DNA of 64,000 nucleotides from an uncultured Acidobacteriota bacterium (GTDB taxonomy: Bacteria > Acidobacteriota > UBA6911). The stretch lies in contig CAWEJX010000019.1 in the NCBI GenBank assembly GCA_963809485.1, positions 1 through 64,000 on the forward strand. Reading direction: 5' to 3'. The notes under the pieces were generated by a model. The model saw only the letters and a list, made by a program, of their open reading frames with translations, was not told the DNA's origin and ran no database searches. The position numbers were made by a program, and so were the translations under genes. Shown one piece after another: positions 50,801 through 61,349 of the stretch; the stretch's first letter is position 1; each line of letters opens with the position of its first letter.

Positions 50801-52015
50801 CTATCCCATTATTTTATGCACTGCCGGGGCTGCAATGCGGTCCATAGCCGGGATTCCGCCCAGGAGGGGCCGGCAGTAGTTCTTGAATGTCTCTGTGACC
50901 ATGTTGTTGCCGCTAAGGAAATCGTCGGGCATGCGCTTGGTCTTGGCCGCCACCTCCTCCAGTTTGACCAATTCGTATTCCACGGCATAATCGCCCACAC
51001 GCTTTATAGCCACGGAGCCGTCCACATTGTGCCAGACGGAAAACTGCACGGCTTTTTCTCCCACTTCGCGGGCTTCGCTGGCGTCCACGTCACTGATGCA
51101 ACCCAGGAAGGAGCGCTGCAGATATCCCAAAGTGTCTGCCCGAACCCGCTTGATCTTGGTTCGGACCTTGATCAGATCCGCAAGAAGATCCCCGAGGGCG
51201 CCGGTGCCGGAAAGCTGTACATTGCCATGTGCGTCTTTTTCGGCGTCGCCCGACTTAAGCGTGGTCAGCGTGGGTTGGCCGTTCGCGTCCTGGATCCCTT
51301 CGGAAACTGCAACAACGCAGCGGCCATGGCGGGAGTAATTCTCTTCGACATCCCGGATGAATTTTTCCTTGTCGAATGATCTTTCCGGGACGTAGATCAG
51401 GTGCGGCCCGTCGTCAGGGAATTTCTTGGCGAATATGGAGGCAGCCGTCAGGAACCCGGCATGTCGGCCCATAACCACGGCAATATACACCCCGGGCAGG
51501 GCCCGGTTGTCCAGGTTGGCCCCGGCAAAGGCTTGGGCCACGAATTTGGCCGCCGAGCCGAAGCCGGGGCAGTGGTCCGTCCCCACAAGGTCGTTATCTA
51601 TGGTTTTGGGCACATGTATCGTGCGCAATTCATATCCCTGGGCCTTGGCCTGCTCGTTGACTATGAGGCAGGTGTCCGCCGAGTCGTTGCCGCCGATGTA
51701 AAAGAAGTACCGGATTTCATGAGCCAGCATAACTTTGAACATCTTTTTGCAGTATTCAATATCCGGTTTATCACGTGTGGACCCGAGAGCGGATGCAGGG
51801 GTCAGAGCTATTTGCTCCAGGTTGTTTGTGGTCGCCTGGGTCAAGTCCAGGAATTCCTCGTTAAGAATGCCTCGCACGCCGTGCCGCGCGCCATACACCT
51901 TTGTGATTTCAGGGAATTTGCGTGCCTCCAGCACAACGGCGGCCAGGCTTTGATTGATGACGGCCGTGGGCCCTCCGCCCTGAGCCACCAGCGCTTTGCC
52001 GGATAATTTTGCCAT
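50801..52015 (-). CDS. Pyrophosphate-dependent phosphofructokinase (short clade)
   Basis: QGGGPTAVINQS, GGNDS (Asp104), PKTIDND, MGRHAGF, GYLQRS. Confidence 0.85.
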   Translation of the reverse strand: MAKLSGKALVAQGGGPTAVINQSLAAVVLEARKFPEITKVYGARHGVRGILNEEFLDLTQATTNNLEQIALTPASALGSTRDKPDIEYCKKMFKVMLAHEIRYFFYIGGNDSADTCLIVNEQAKAQGYELRTIHVPKTIDNDLVGTDHCPGFGSAAKFVAQAFAGANLDNRALPGVYIAVVMGRHAGFLTAASIFAKKFPDDGPHLIYVPERSFDKEKFIRDVEENYSRHGRCVVAVSEGIQDANGQPTLTTLKSGDAEKDAHGNVQLSGTGALGDLLADLIKVRTKIKRVRADTLGYLQRSFLGCISDVDASEAREVGEKAVQFSVWHNVDGSVAIKRVGDYAVEYELVKLEEVAAKTKRMPDDFLSGNNMVTETFKNYCRPLLGGIPAMDRIAAPAVHKIMG

Positions 52016-52332
52016 GCCTTCCTCTCTTAACTCTTTACAGTAAAAGTAATCCTCAGGGCTGCAGCCGGGGGTACAGAAAGAAGGCTGTCACCGCCCCTAA
52101 CCTGTTATTCACCCGCAAACCGTAAAAGGCTGTTTTTTGCCATAAAAAGTTTGTTTGCAACAAATAGTGCCGCATATGAGAGACAGCCTTTTGGAAATAC
52201 AGTGTACCCCAACCCGTTTTCAATTTCACCCGCCGCATTTGTTGCGGAACAATTTTGCATCCCCATCTTTTACAGGCACCGCAGGCAATGATACAATCCC
52301 TCCCCCATGCAATGATACGAAGGAGTATATAG

Positions 52333-53532
52333 ATGCCTGTCTCTGTACTTAAAGATATAAAAATCGTCGAATGTGCTACCTATGTCACCGGGCCTTACGC
52401 CACTGCGCTTTTGGCTGATTTGGGCGCTCGAGTCATTAAGATCGAGTCACCACCGGATGGTGATCCTTACCGTTACTTCGCCCCCGGTGAGTACTACAGC
52501 CCGAACTTCGCGCACCTGCATCGGAACAAACAGAGCATCCTGTTGGATCTGAAATCGCCTGAAGGCAAGAAGATCTGCCTGGATCTGGTCGGAAGGGCGG
52601 ATGTCTTTGTCGAAAATTTCCGCCCTGGTGTCGCAGATCGCCTCGGCTTTGGCTACGAAGCCTTGCGGGCAATGAACTCCGGACTTATCTATTGCTCCAT
52701 TTCGGCTTTCGGCAAATCGGGTCCTTATTCATCCAAGCCCGGCTTCGATACTCTGGGTCAGGCGATGAGCGGCCTTTTGGGTTTGCTCGCGGATCCTGAT
52801 GAGCCAAAGATCATGGGCGTCGCCCTATCCGATTATGTGACGGGAATTTCAGCCGCTTACGGTATTCTCGGCGGATTGATGGCGCGGCAGGCTTCCGGCA
52901 AGGGCCTGAAAGTGGAAACTTCCTTGTTGCAGGCGACCCTGTCGTTCATCGGCGAAACCGCCGCCGGTTATTTTGCAACCGGTACGATTCCCACTCGAAT
53001 TGCCAGAGTCAAGAACGGCCATGCGTTTGCGTTCGTGACGAGGGATAATCTGCCCCTGGCAATTCATTGCTCGGTGCCGGAAAAATTCTGGCTCGCACTC
53101 CTCAAAGCCGCGGATCGGATGGAACTAGCGGAAGATGCGAGATTCAAGACTCGAGATGCCCGTCGACAGAACTTCGAGCAACTGGAAAAGGAACTGGCGC
53201 CGACCTTTGTGACCAGAGACCGGGAACAATGGCTGCGCCTTCTGGAAGAAAACGATGTTCCGGCGAGCCCGTTATATAACATGAAAGAAGTTCTGGAGGA
53301 CCCGCAGGTTCTGCATCTTGGTGTAACGGAAGAAGTGGAGCACCCAAAGACGGGCAAGGCGAAGTTCGTCGGCGGCCCCGTGCGCTTTGAAGGTTTGTCG
53401 GTGGAAAAATCCGGTCCGCCGCCGCTTCCGGGCGAACACACGCGTACGATTCTCGCGGAACTCGGCTACAGCCGCGCCGACATCGAAAAACTCTCGACGA
53501 GTGGCGCCGTTCAGCTGCAGTCCAAAACTTAG
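52333..53532 (+). CDS. Family III CoA-transferase (CaiB/BaiF)
   Basis: LADLGARVIKIE, RNKQS, ENFRPG, catalytic Asp ALSDY, PPLPGEHT. Confidence 0.9.
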   Translation: MPVSVLKDIKIVECATYVTGPYATALLADLGARVIKIESPPDGDPYRYFAPGEYYSPNFAHLHRNKQSILLDLKSPEGKKICLDLVGRADVFVENFRPGVADRLGFGYEALRAMNSGLIYCSISAFGKSGPYSSKPGFDTLGQAMSGLLGLLADPDEPKIMGVALSDYVTGISAAYGILGGLMARQASGKGLKVETSLLQATLSFIGETAAGYFATGTIPTRIARVKNGHAFAFVTRDNLPLAIHCSVPEKFWLALLKAADRMELAEDARFKTRDARRQNFEQLEKELAPTFVTRDREQWLRLLEENDVPASPLYNMKEVLEDPQVLHLGVTEEVEHPKTGKAKFVGGPVRFEGLSVEKSGPPPLPGEHTRTILAELGYSRADIEKLSTSGAVQLQSKT

Positions 53533-53696
53533 GATTCGGTGCGGGACTTCGGCATTTCTTCGTCATGCCGTATTCCTCCCGGCCTAATCTGCTTTGTTTT
53601 ATCAAAGCTTACGATGAGAGTGGAATTGTCGCGCCGTGATCGGGAAGCTCTCGCGCTGAAAGAGTTTCTCTTGGTAGGCTAAGAACGAGTGAGCAT

Positions 53697-54071
53697 GTGA
53701 AAATGGATGCGAAAAAACGAGAGGTGGATCGATACGTGGATCAAGCTCCGCATGCGGCGGCCCAAAAGCTTGCGCAGCTTCGCGCCATAATCCAGTCCGC
53801 CGCGCCTAAAGCATCTGAATCCATCAGCTATGGGATGCCATTTTACGCTTACATGGGGCGCCTGGCATATTTTGGGTTGTGCAAAAAGCACATTGGCCTC
53901 TACGTGCCGCCTCCTGTTATTGCCGAACACAGCTCCGAACTGAAAGATTATGTAACCACAAAATCTGCGGTCCATTTGCCCCTGAACCAAAAACTGCCTG
54001 CAGGTTTGATCAGGAAGCTGATCAAAGCGAGAATGAGAATAAACGAAAAGCAAGGAGCAGGAAAGAAGTGA
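53697..54071 (+). CDS. DUF1801/YdhG-like protein
   Basis: VDRY, ESISYGMP, KHIGLY, LIRKLIKAR. Confidence 0.8.
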   Translation: MKMDAKKREVDRYVDQAPHAAAQKLAQLRAIIQSAAPKASESISYGMPFYAYMGRLAYFGLCKKHIGLYVPPPVIAEHSSELKDYVTTKSAVHLPLNQKLPAGLIRKLIKARMRINEKQGAGKK

Positions 54072-54605
54072 CGGCTCAGCCCCGGGCTGCTTCTGGAACC
54101 GCCAATTCTTTGGAGCTTGCATCGGATACTGCGACGGGCTTGCATCGTGCAAAGCGCGGCGGCCGGTTTTACAGCCCGAATCAAGGAAATGATTCGCTGC
54201 CGCCTGGTGCCAAGAGATTCTGGAATGAGCGCCTTGACTGGATTGGGCTGATAGATCCGGAGCCGATCCCATCCAATTCCATTTCGTTTTGAAGCGTCGG
54301 GCCGGCAGATTTCCATACGAATCCGGCATTTCCATAGTAGAATCCTCCTATTTGAACACTGGATAGCATTCGAAACATGCGCACAGCGACTTGTGGCTGA
54401 CATACGCCGAGATTTTCGTAAAATGGCTCGCCGGGTTTATAAACGGGATGCAGATTGTTCGACCTATCCTATCAATGGTTCACACCGGCTGTTGGTTTGG
54501 GGATAGCGCTTCCAGTGATCGGCAAGACCTTGCGCTGTCGGCACGCGTCGGGAACGGCCTCAACGTTTGCGGCATATCCGCTCCATTCTCTTTAAGGAGA
54601 CGCTT

Positions 54606-55979
54606 ATGGCAGAGAGATTAAATAAATCCTTGCTCTACACGTTCGGCGTTGGGGATCTGTTTTTCACCCTGATGATCAATATGGAGTTGTACTTTTTCCC
54701 GGCCTTCCTGACCGATTACGCCCAGTTCTCACTGGGCGTTGTCGGCAAAATTCTATATGTCACCAGCTTTGCCGATATCGTCTGCGCCCTCGTGGCCGGC
54801 GTGATTCTGCAAAAAGTGGCCCTGACGTTCGGAGGGCGGTACCGTTCCTGGCTGTTGATCGGCCCGCCGATTGTCGCTCCTCTGTTCATTTTGCAGTTCA
54901 CGAAGATCGGAAATGTTTCCGTGGCGGCGTGGATTATCATCGTGGGATTTATAGCAAGCCACCTTTTGTTTAACGTCGTCTATGCCGCATCGGGGTCCAT
55001 GGTGGGAAGCCTGAGCCAACGGCCCAACGAGAGGACGATATTGTCCAGCAGCAGAGCGCAGGGCATTGCGGCCGCGGGCCTGATATTCTCGGCGACCGCA
55101 TTGCCGATGATTATGTACTTCGGAAAGCGCACGAACACCGTCGTGGGTTTTTCCATCACCGTCGCCATCTACTGCATCCTCATGGTCCTGGGATACTGGT
55201 ATGTCTACAAAATTAGCGCCGCCGCGAGCGCGGAAAGCGATAAGGCGGCTCCGGTCGTCCAAAAGGAGGACCGGCCATCCTTGAAGGAAATTGTCGCTCT
55301 GGTTTTCAAAAACCCGCCCCTCCTGGTGCTGATTGTTGTCGAGACGTTCCGGAACACCTGCATGTTCATGATCACATCTTTTGCCTTCTACTATTTCGGC
55401 TATGTCCTTAAAAATTCCGCCTTCCTGTCCATCTTTATCCTGGCCATCAGTCTGGCCGCGCTGTTCGGCACGTTTGCCGCCGCGTGGATCGGGGTCAAGA
55501 TCGGCAAGCGAAACTGCTACTGGATAACTTTGGCTCTGGCGACCTTTGTTTTTATCTCCGCGGCCATGGTGGGAAAAGCCACCTGGGGGTTCACGATCAT
55601 TTTTTGCGTCGCCTATATGCTCATCATGATCGCGGGATCGATGAGCACTGCCCTGTTCGCCGACACGGCGGTCTACGGGGAATGGAAAACAAGCAGAGAC
55701 ATCCAGGCATTCATCATGTCCCTGCTGGTTCTGCCGATCAAAGTGGGGGTATTGTTGCGAAGCGCCGTCATCACGATGGGCTTGATGGCCGTAGGATTTG
55801 TGGCCAATGCAGTTCCAACAGAAAAGGTTGTCTCCGGAATCAGTTCCATCATGGTTTTCTCCCCAGCGATAGCGAGCGCGATCGCTGCCGTCATATTCTA
55901 TTTCGGGTACCGAGTCGAGGATAAGGATGTCCTGAAAATGCAGGACGATATAGGGGGTCGGACCAAGATAAATAGTTGA
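54606..55979 (+). CDS. GPH (MelB-like) MFS symporter
   Basis: RBS AAGGAG; GRYRSWLL, ERTILSSSR, ADTAVYGEWKT; 12 TM pattern. Confidence 0.82.
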   Translation: MAERLNKSLLYTFGVGDLFFTLMINMELYFFPAFLTDYAQFSLGVVGKILYVTSFADIVCALVAGVILQKVALTFGGRYRSWLLIGPPIVAPLFILQFTKIGNVSVAAWIIIVGFIASHLLFNVVYAASGSMVGSLSQRPNERTILSSSRAQGIAAAGLIFSATALPMIMYFGKRTNTVVGFSITVAIYCILMVLGYWYVYKISAAASAESDKAAPVVQKEDRPSLKEIVALVFKNPPLLVLIVVETFRNTCMFMITSFAFYYFGYVLKNSAFLSIFILAISLAALFGTFAAAWIGVKIGKRNCYWITLALATFVFISAAMVGKATWGFTIIFCVAYMLIMIAGSMSTALFADTAVYGEWKTSRDIQAFIMSLLVLPIKVGVLLRSAVITMGLMAVGFVANAVPTEKVVSGISSIMVFSPAIASAIAAVIFYFGYRVEDKDVLKMQDDIGGRTKINS

Positions 55980-56338
55980 AATAGAATAAGATAAACTACT
56001 TTTTACAGTGCCTGAATAGCCATTAGCCTGAATCTCTCACGGGATTTTCCTGAAGAGTTTGTATTTGAGCCCGTCTTTTCCGGTTATAGGTTGCAGGTAA
56101 GTTGCAGGTAAAAGGTTTCAACCCTTCATGCTGCTTTGGTACATGTAACCATCAATCGAGAGGATATGCCCGCCAGAGCCGCAGCAGCGGGAATGGGTAT
56201 GTTGTGAGAAATGCGGGCTGAGGCTCATCTTCTATTCCAATATTCCAAAAAACTGACGGATCTTTAACAGCGGTAATTATTTATCGTGGTCCGACCCCGT
56301 TTTCCAGCCCAATTTATCGTGGTCCGACCCCGTTTTCC
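55954..56338. repeat. Inward-pointing GGGGTCGGACCA(A/C)GATAAAT motifs bracketing an AT-rich insert; right motif duplicated
   Basis: 55954-55973 vs ATTTATCGTGGTCCGACCCC at 56279-56298 and 56312-56331. Confidence 0.8.
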
Positions 56339-56390
56339 GGGCCCCAGCCTGTGAGGATCCGGGATCAAAAAGGCAATTTGACTTTGCTGT

Positions 56391-58709
56391 TCATTCGCCA
56401 ACCGGCTCTTGCCAAAAAGCTGGAGTGACCCGGCCCACACGGCATAAAAGCGCTCTGCCCGGCCAACTTCCTGTGATCTGGTCACAGGCGTCCGGCTCAT
56501 CCGTCGTCAGCACGTTCACGTTCGACTGCCATAGCCCATGCAGGGACGGCTCAGCCCCGGGCTGCTCCGGGAACCACCAATTGTGTTCCGCATGCACCAC
56601 GCGCGGATCGATTCCGGAGGTGAGCTGCGCCTTCATTATGATAGCGCCTCTCGGGGTTTCGATCCTTGCCCAGTCGCCTTCGCGAAGGCCCAGTCCGGCG
56701 GCGGTTTCCGGATGAATCTGCAGAAGCGGATCGGGGTGTTGCTCGCGCAGTCCCATGCCGAACTGGCGATGCTCGGACTGAAACTGCGGCAGGAACCGTC
56801 CCCCGTTGATCAGGATAAGAGGATATTCTTTGGCAATCTCCGGGGTGCTGACCGGGCTCTCCGGAGGCTCTTCGTAGCACGGCAGGGGATCGTAACCCAG
56901 CTCCTCGAGCAGGTTCGAATAGAGTTCAAACTTGCCGCTCCGTGTGGCGAATCCGGTGACCTTGCCGGTCCGCGGATTGATCCTATCGTGGGTCCAGGGT
57001 TCCGCACTGGCGATCACATATTTGCCGGCAGCCGCCTCCGCAAACTTAATGCCCAAAGGCTCGAGGCGATAGTCGTACAGCTCCTCTTCCGTTTTCCAGG
57101 GGAAGTGCTCCCCGAAACCGAGGCGAATGGCGAGTTCGCGGAAGAAATAATAGTCGGTCTTACGCTCGCCAATCGGCTGTATGGCGCGCTCGGCGGCGAC
57201 GAGCACGGACGTGAAGTCCTCCATCGTGGATAGCGTTCCCCGCTCCAGCTTGCTGGCTGCGGGAAGCACATAGTCCGCCAGCATTGCCGTCGGCGTCATG
57301 AAGTGCTCCAACACCACATGAAGATCCAGGTTGGGGCTCTTCAGAGCCTTGTACACCAATTGGGTGTTGGCCGCATTGAGCAGGGGATTGCTGCCCCAGG
57401 TAATGAGGGCCTTCGTGGGATACGGAACCCCGTCCACAATGCTGCGCCAGATGGCCGGTTCCGGAGCAGTGAAGCTGTGCCCGCTCATGGGCAGGGGCAC
57501 GCCATAGGTTCGCTCATAAAGCGCATTCATCCGCTCATACGCGGGCCAGGTCATGAGCTTGAAGCGGTCGCTGCCCAGTTGTTTGGCGCGCTGCTCCGGC
57601 GAGCACAGTTCCGCCATCTGCATCATGGAATCGCGCATGGCCATCACGCCGTTCAAGAAAGGGCCCGGCCCCTCGGGAGCCAGTCCGGGCGCCTCGCCCC
57701 GCATGTTACCCGTTATGGCATGCAGACAGAGCTTGGCCTGTTCCACGCGCGTGGCATTGCGCCCCAACTGATCGGGCGCCAGCCCGCTGTGGATGCAGCC
57801 GGGCTTGTTGCCCGCATAGGCAATCGCGGAAGCGATGATTTGATCGACTGGAATCCACGTAATCTCAGCGACCCGTTCCGGGGTGTACTCTGCGGCTCGC
57901 TGCTTGAGCTGTTCGAAGCCGTAAGTCCATTGCTCGACGAAATCCCGGTCGTAGAGGCCGCGCCCAATGATCACCCGGATCCAGGCCATCAGCAGGGCCG
58001 TATCGGTGCCGGGGCGAATCTGTAGCCAAATATCTGCCATCTTTGCCATCTCGGTTTTCCGCGGATCGATGACGATCATCTTGGCTTCGGGCTTCTGCGT
58101 GCGCCACTTCTGCATCGGCCGCCGGCGAACCGGATTCGCCGCGGTGTAATCCCTTCCCAGCAGCACCAGGCAGTTGAGGTTCTTGATGGGAGGCGCCAGG
58201 ATGCAGGGTATGTTCGTGCCTGCAAGCGCGAAGGCCAGCGCGACCTTGTTGCAGGCACAGGCGGTCCCGGCAGCACCTACGTTGGCCGGATTGCCGAAAA
58301 GGTTCAGGAAGCGCGCGCGGATGGCATAGAAATCCGAGCGGTAGGTCCCTTCAATGGTGGACAGACTTTCCGCGCCGTATTCGCCTTTGATCGCCTGCAG
58401 TTTTGCGGCAATCTCGTCGAGCGCCTGCTCCCAGGAGATCCTCTGCCAGCGGTTCGCGCCGCGCTCATCCTGCCGCTTGAGCGGGTGCATCAGCTGGTCC
58501 GGATGGTCCAGCCACTGGCGAAAATGCGGCATCCGCTCGGCGCAGACTGAGCCGCGATTGTAAGGGAATTCCGGGTTCCCTTTGATGCTCAGGATCTTGT
58601 TGTTCTTGACACGCACCAGCAATCCGCAATTGCAGTGACAGCCCGGAGACGGCCAGCAGAGGGTCTTCTTGACTTCTACTCCTGATTCCTCGTCCGCGAC
58701 TTCGTTCAT
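56391..58709 (-). CDS. Cytoplasmic Mo/W-bisPGD enzyme (DMSO reductase family, acetylene hydratase-like)
   Basis: N-terminal Cys cluster, ISWEQALDEIA, IDPR, RPGTD, ADYVLPA, IHPETA; no Tat signal. Confidence 0.85.
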   Translation of the reverse strand: MNEVADEESGVEVKKTLCWPSPGCHCNCGLLVRVKNNKILSIKGNPEFPYNRGSVCAERMPHFRQWLDHPDQLMHPLKRQDERGANRWQRISWEQALDEIAAKLQAIKGEYGAESLSTIEGTYRSDFYAIRARFLNLFGNPANVGAAGTACACNKVALAFALAGTNIPCILAPPIKNLNCLVLLGRDYTAANPVRRRPMQKWRTQKPEAKMIVIDPRKTEMAKMADIWLQIRPGTDTALLMAWIRVIIGRGLYDRDFVEQWTYGFEQLKQRAAEYTPERVAEITWIPVDQIIASAIAYAGNKPGCIHSGLAPDQLGRNATRVEQAKLCLHAITGNMRGEAPGLAPEGPGPFLNGVMAMRDSMMQMAELCSPEQRAKQLGSDRFKLMTWPAYERMNALYERTYGVPLPMSGHSFTAPEPAIWRSIVDGVPYPTKALITWGSNPLLNAANTQLVYKALKSPNLDLHVVLEHFMTPTAMLADYVLPAASKLERGTLSTMEDFTSVLVAAERAIQPIGERKTDYYFFRELAIRLGFGEHFPWKTEEELYDYRLEPLGIKFAEAAAGKYVIASAEPWTHDRINPRTGKVTGFATRSGKFELYSNLLEELGYDPLPCYEEPPESPVSTPEIAKEYPLILINGGRFLPQFQSEHRQFGMGLREQHPDPLLQIHPETAAGLGLREGDWARIETPRGAIIMKAQLTSGIDPRVVHAEHNWWFPEQPGAEPSLHGLWQSNVNVLTTDEPDACDQITGSWPGRALLCRVGRVTPAFWQEPVGE

Positions 58710-59088
58710 TGGACTTCCTCCCTTTATTCATGGCACAGATTATCCAGCTTTCTGCAGGGCGTCAACAAACATGCCAGAGAGGGTTGGACGGTTGCAGCCA
58801 TGCAGGTGAAGAGGATGCAGCCTTGCCTCAAAATAGGAAAATGAAAAAGAGAATTTCCGGCAATTCGGAAAATGGATTAGAGTATGGGCTGTTTTGGGCC
58901 GGGAGTCAGGCTCTGCAAGGATCGGTCTGCCATCCTTTTGCTTCGAAGATCTCATACCGCCGAGCCAGCGGGGAACGCCGGCAGAAGGAGGAGAAAAGGG
59001 TGAGAACAAAAAAATGGTCCCCCATCGGGCAGAAAGTCAATTGCGCTGCAATCCAGCCCTAATTTCCTCATTGCTGCGGGAGCGCCCA

Positions 59089-60345
59089 ATGTCGCTGAAG
59101 GGTCTTTGGTCCTATGAAAACCGGCTGCTCATAATCCTCGCCGTGAGTTTTGGATTCGCATTCTTTGACCGCAACGCCGTCAACTACCTCACGCCGTACA
59201 TCGTCGGAGAACTCGGGCTGAACAACGCCCAGGTCGGCCTTCTCGGCTCCGTGCTTGCACTCAGCTGGGCGGTTGCCGGCTATGTCATCGGCCGGTGGTC
59301 CGACGCTGCCGGCGTGCGCAAACCATTTCTGGTCGGCATCCTGCTGGTCTTCTCCGCCTGCTCGGTTCTCTCGGGGCTGGCCGCCTCCTTTCCCATTCTG
59401 CTCGCTGCACGGCTCATCATGGGAATCGCGGAAGGTCCGATGCTTCCCGTCTGCCTGGCGATCATGGCCATCGAGTCTTCACCGACCCGGCGCGGCCTCA
59501 ACACCGGCGTTATACAAAGCGTATTCTCATCGTTGGTCGGGGCCTCCATTGCGCCGCTTGTGCTGGTGCAGCTCGCCGAATGGTTCAACTGGCGCGTTAC
59601 GTTCTACCTGGCGGGAGCTCCCGGGCTGCTCTGCGCCCTGGCCGTCATGCGGTACGTTCGGGAACCGCAGTCCGCAGGTGTCGCAGACAAAAAGGCCGCA
59701 GGGGCGACAGGCATCGGGGGCCAGTGGGCCATCTTCCGGGAGCGTAATATCTGGTTGTGCTGCGCGATTGCCTGCCTGATGGTGCCCTGGCTGATGCTCC
59801 ATCAGACATTCCTGCCCCTGTTCCTCACGAAAATGCGCCACCTCAGCAACCAGCAGATGAGCCAGGTGATGAGCGTGCTCGGTGTCTGCGCGGCCTTCGT
59901 GGGCTTCTGCGGCCCGGCGTTATCGGACCGCCTGGGCCGCAAGCCCGTTATCTTCGGTCTGTGTTCCATCAGCCTGGCGACGCCGCTAGCGGCGCTGTAT
60001 TTTCAGGGTTCAACGCTTTTCCTGGCCGCGATCATGTTCATCGGCTGGCTGGGCACCGGGACTTTTGCGCTCTTTATGGGGGTCATTCCGACGGAGACAT
60101 TGCCCGCGCGCCATGCCGCGAGCGGGATGGGACTGGTCATGGGCGCCGGCGAGGTCATCGGCGGATTCTGCGCGCCGCTGTTGGGCGGCTGGGCAGCAGA
60201 TCAAACCACACTGGCTGCACCGATCAAGATCGCCGCAATCTGCGCCTTCGGCGCCGCGGTTCTGTGTCTGTTCCTGAAGGAAACCGCCCCGGTGAAGGTC
60301 GGGATCCCCGCCATCCGGCCGGAATCCGCGGACTCTTTGCCGTAG
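59089..60345 (+). CDS. MFS transporter
   Basis: FFDR, GRWSDAAG, RLIMGIAEG, LSDRLGRK, LKETAP. Confidence 0.85.
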   Translation: MSLKGLWSYENRLLIILAVSFGFAFFDRNAVNYLTPYIVGELGLNNAQVGLLGSVLALSWAVAGYVIGRWSDAAGVRKPFLVGILLVFSACSVLSGLAASFPILLAARLIMGIAEGPMLPVCLAIMAIESSPTRRGLNTGVIQSVFSSLVGASIAPLVLVQLAEWFNWRVTFYLAGAPGLLCALAVMRYVREPQSAGVADKKAAGATGIGGQWAIFRERNIWLCCAIACLMVPWLMLHQTFLPLFLTKMRHLSNQQMSQVMSVLGVCAAFVGFCGPALSDRLGRKPVIFGLCSISLATPLAALYFQGSTLFLAAIMFIGWLGTGTFALFMGVIPTETLPARHAASGMGLVMGAGEVIGGFCAPLLGGWAADQTTLAAPIKIAAICAFGAAVLCLFLKETAPVKVGIPAIRPESADSLP

Positions 60346-60419
60346 CTTGGGGAATCACTCTCGCCACGCCAAAGCCTGGTGGCTTGCGCCGGGGGATGAG
60401 ATCGGGATTCCGGGCGCGG

Positions 60420-61334
60420 TTACCAGGCGGTGGCAAAATGGCTTAATGCGATCCAGATTGAGACCATTATAAGAACGGAAGCCGCCAGGCGAAGCCCGTA
60501 TACCTTCCTGCTCTGCGTTTCCAGCATCGTGCTTCCGCGATGGGTCAGGACCGCACTGATAAGCACGATAAAAATCCCCCGGGTCGACTGCAGGATATTG
60601 GGGATCACCACTCCGCTGGACAGCTTGAGCATAACCGTAAACAGCAGCGTCGCCGCTACAAGCGAAACTGCAGAGTAGACACTGAGCTGCAAATCCATGC
60701 CATTCAAGGCAAGCGGGACCTTCTTTTTCGCCAAATAGGGGATGATGCAAAGCGAAAGGACGCCGACAATAAAATTGTAGTAGATCATGAAATTATAAGA
60801 GTCCATGTAGATCAGCGAACGCTTGATATAGACATCCGTAAATCCGAATAGGATGCTGCAGGCGGTCATCAGAGCCACCGGCCGCAGCGGGAATCTGCTG
60901 CCTCCGCTTTTTGACGGAGAGTAACTGAGTATGGCGATCGAAATTGCCACTAAAACGGCGGCTGCATAGACCTGCCAGTTGTGTTTTTCATGAAGCATCG
61001 GGATTGCCAGAAGGCCGGCGAAAATCACCTTGCTTCCCATAATCGGCATTACGCTGGAAACATCACCGCAGTGGAGCGCGCTGTAGAGAAAAAGATAGGC
61101 GACAACACAGGTGATGCATGATATCCAAAGCGGAGTCCATCCTGCCGGAGAAGGGAATTGCGGTTTGACAAAAATCCAAAGCAACGGCGTAACAAGCGCC
61201 TGGATAACACTTATATAGAGAAATAATAGAAAAGGTTCCCCTATTCTGTTTTTAAGAAGCGCTTTTGAGAACGCGGAATAGATGCTGTGCGCGAAGCCTG
61301 AGGAAAGGCCCAAGAGGAACAGGACGGTATTCAT
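60420..61334 (-). CDS. EamA/DMT-family transporter
   Basis: About 10 TM helices in two repeats, GDVSSVMP motif. Confidence 0.75.
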   Translation of the reverse strand: MNTVLFLLGLSSGFAHSIYSAFSKALLKNRIGEPFLLFLYISVIQALVTPLLWIFVKPQFPSPAGWTPLWISCITCVVAYLFLYSALHCGDVSSVMPIMGSKVIFAGLLAIPMLHEKHNWQVYAAAVLVAISIAILSYSPSKSGGSRFPLRPVALMTACSILFGFTDVYIKRSLIYMDSYNFMIYYNFIVGVLSLCIIPYLAKKKVPLALNGMDLQLSVYSAVSLVAATLLFTVMLKLSSGVVIPNILQSTRGIFIVLISAVLTHRGSTMLETQSRKVYGLRLAASVLIMVSIWIALSHFATAW

Positions 61335-61349
61335 AAATGGAGCAAAAAA

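Noticed and set aside
54080-54350. Minus-strand ORF with strong AGGAGG RBS at 54335
   Set aside because: Translation has no recognisable domain and runs antisense through the DUF1801 gene; possibly a decayed gene but unsupported
58762-58777. Sigma54 promoter (TGGCAT-N5-TTGA) upstream of the Mo-bisPGD gene
   Set aside because: The -12 element is GA rather than GC; too weak to call
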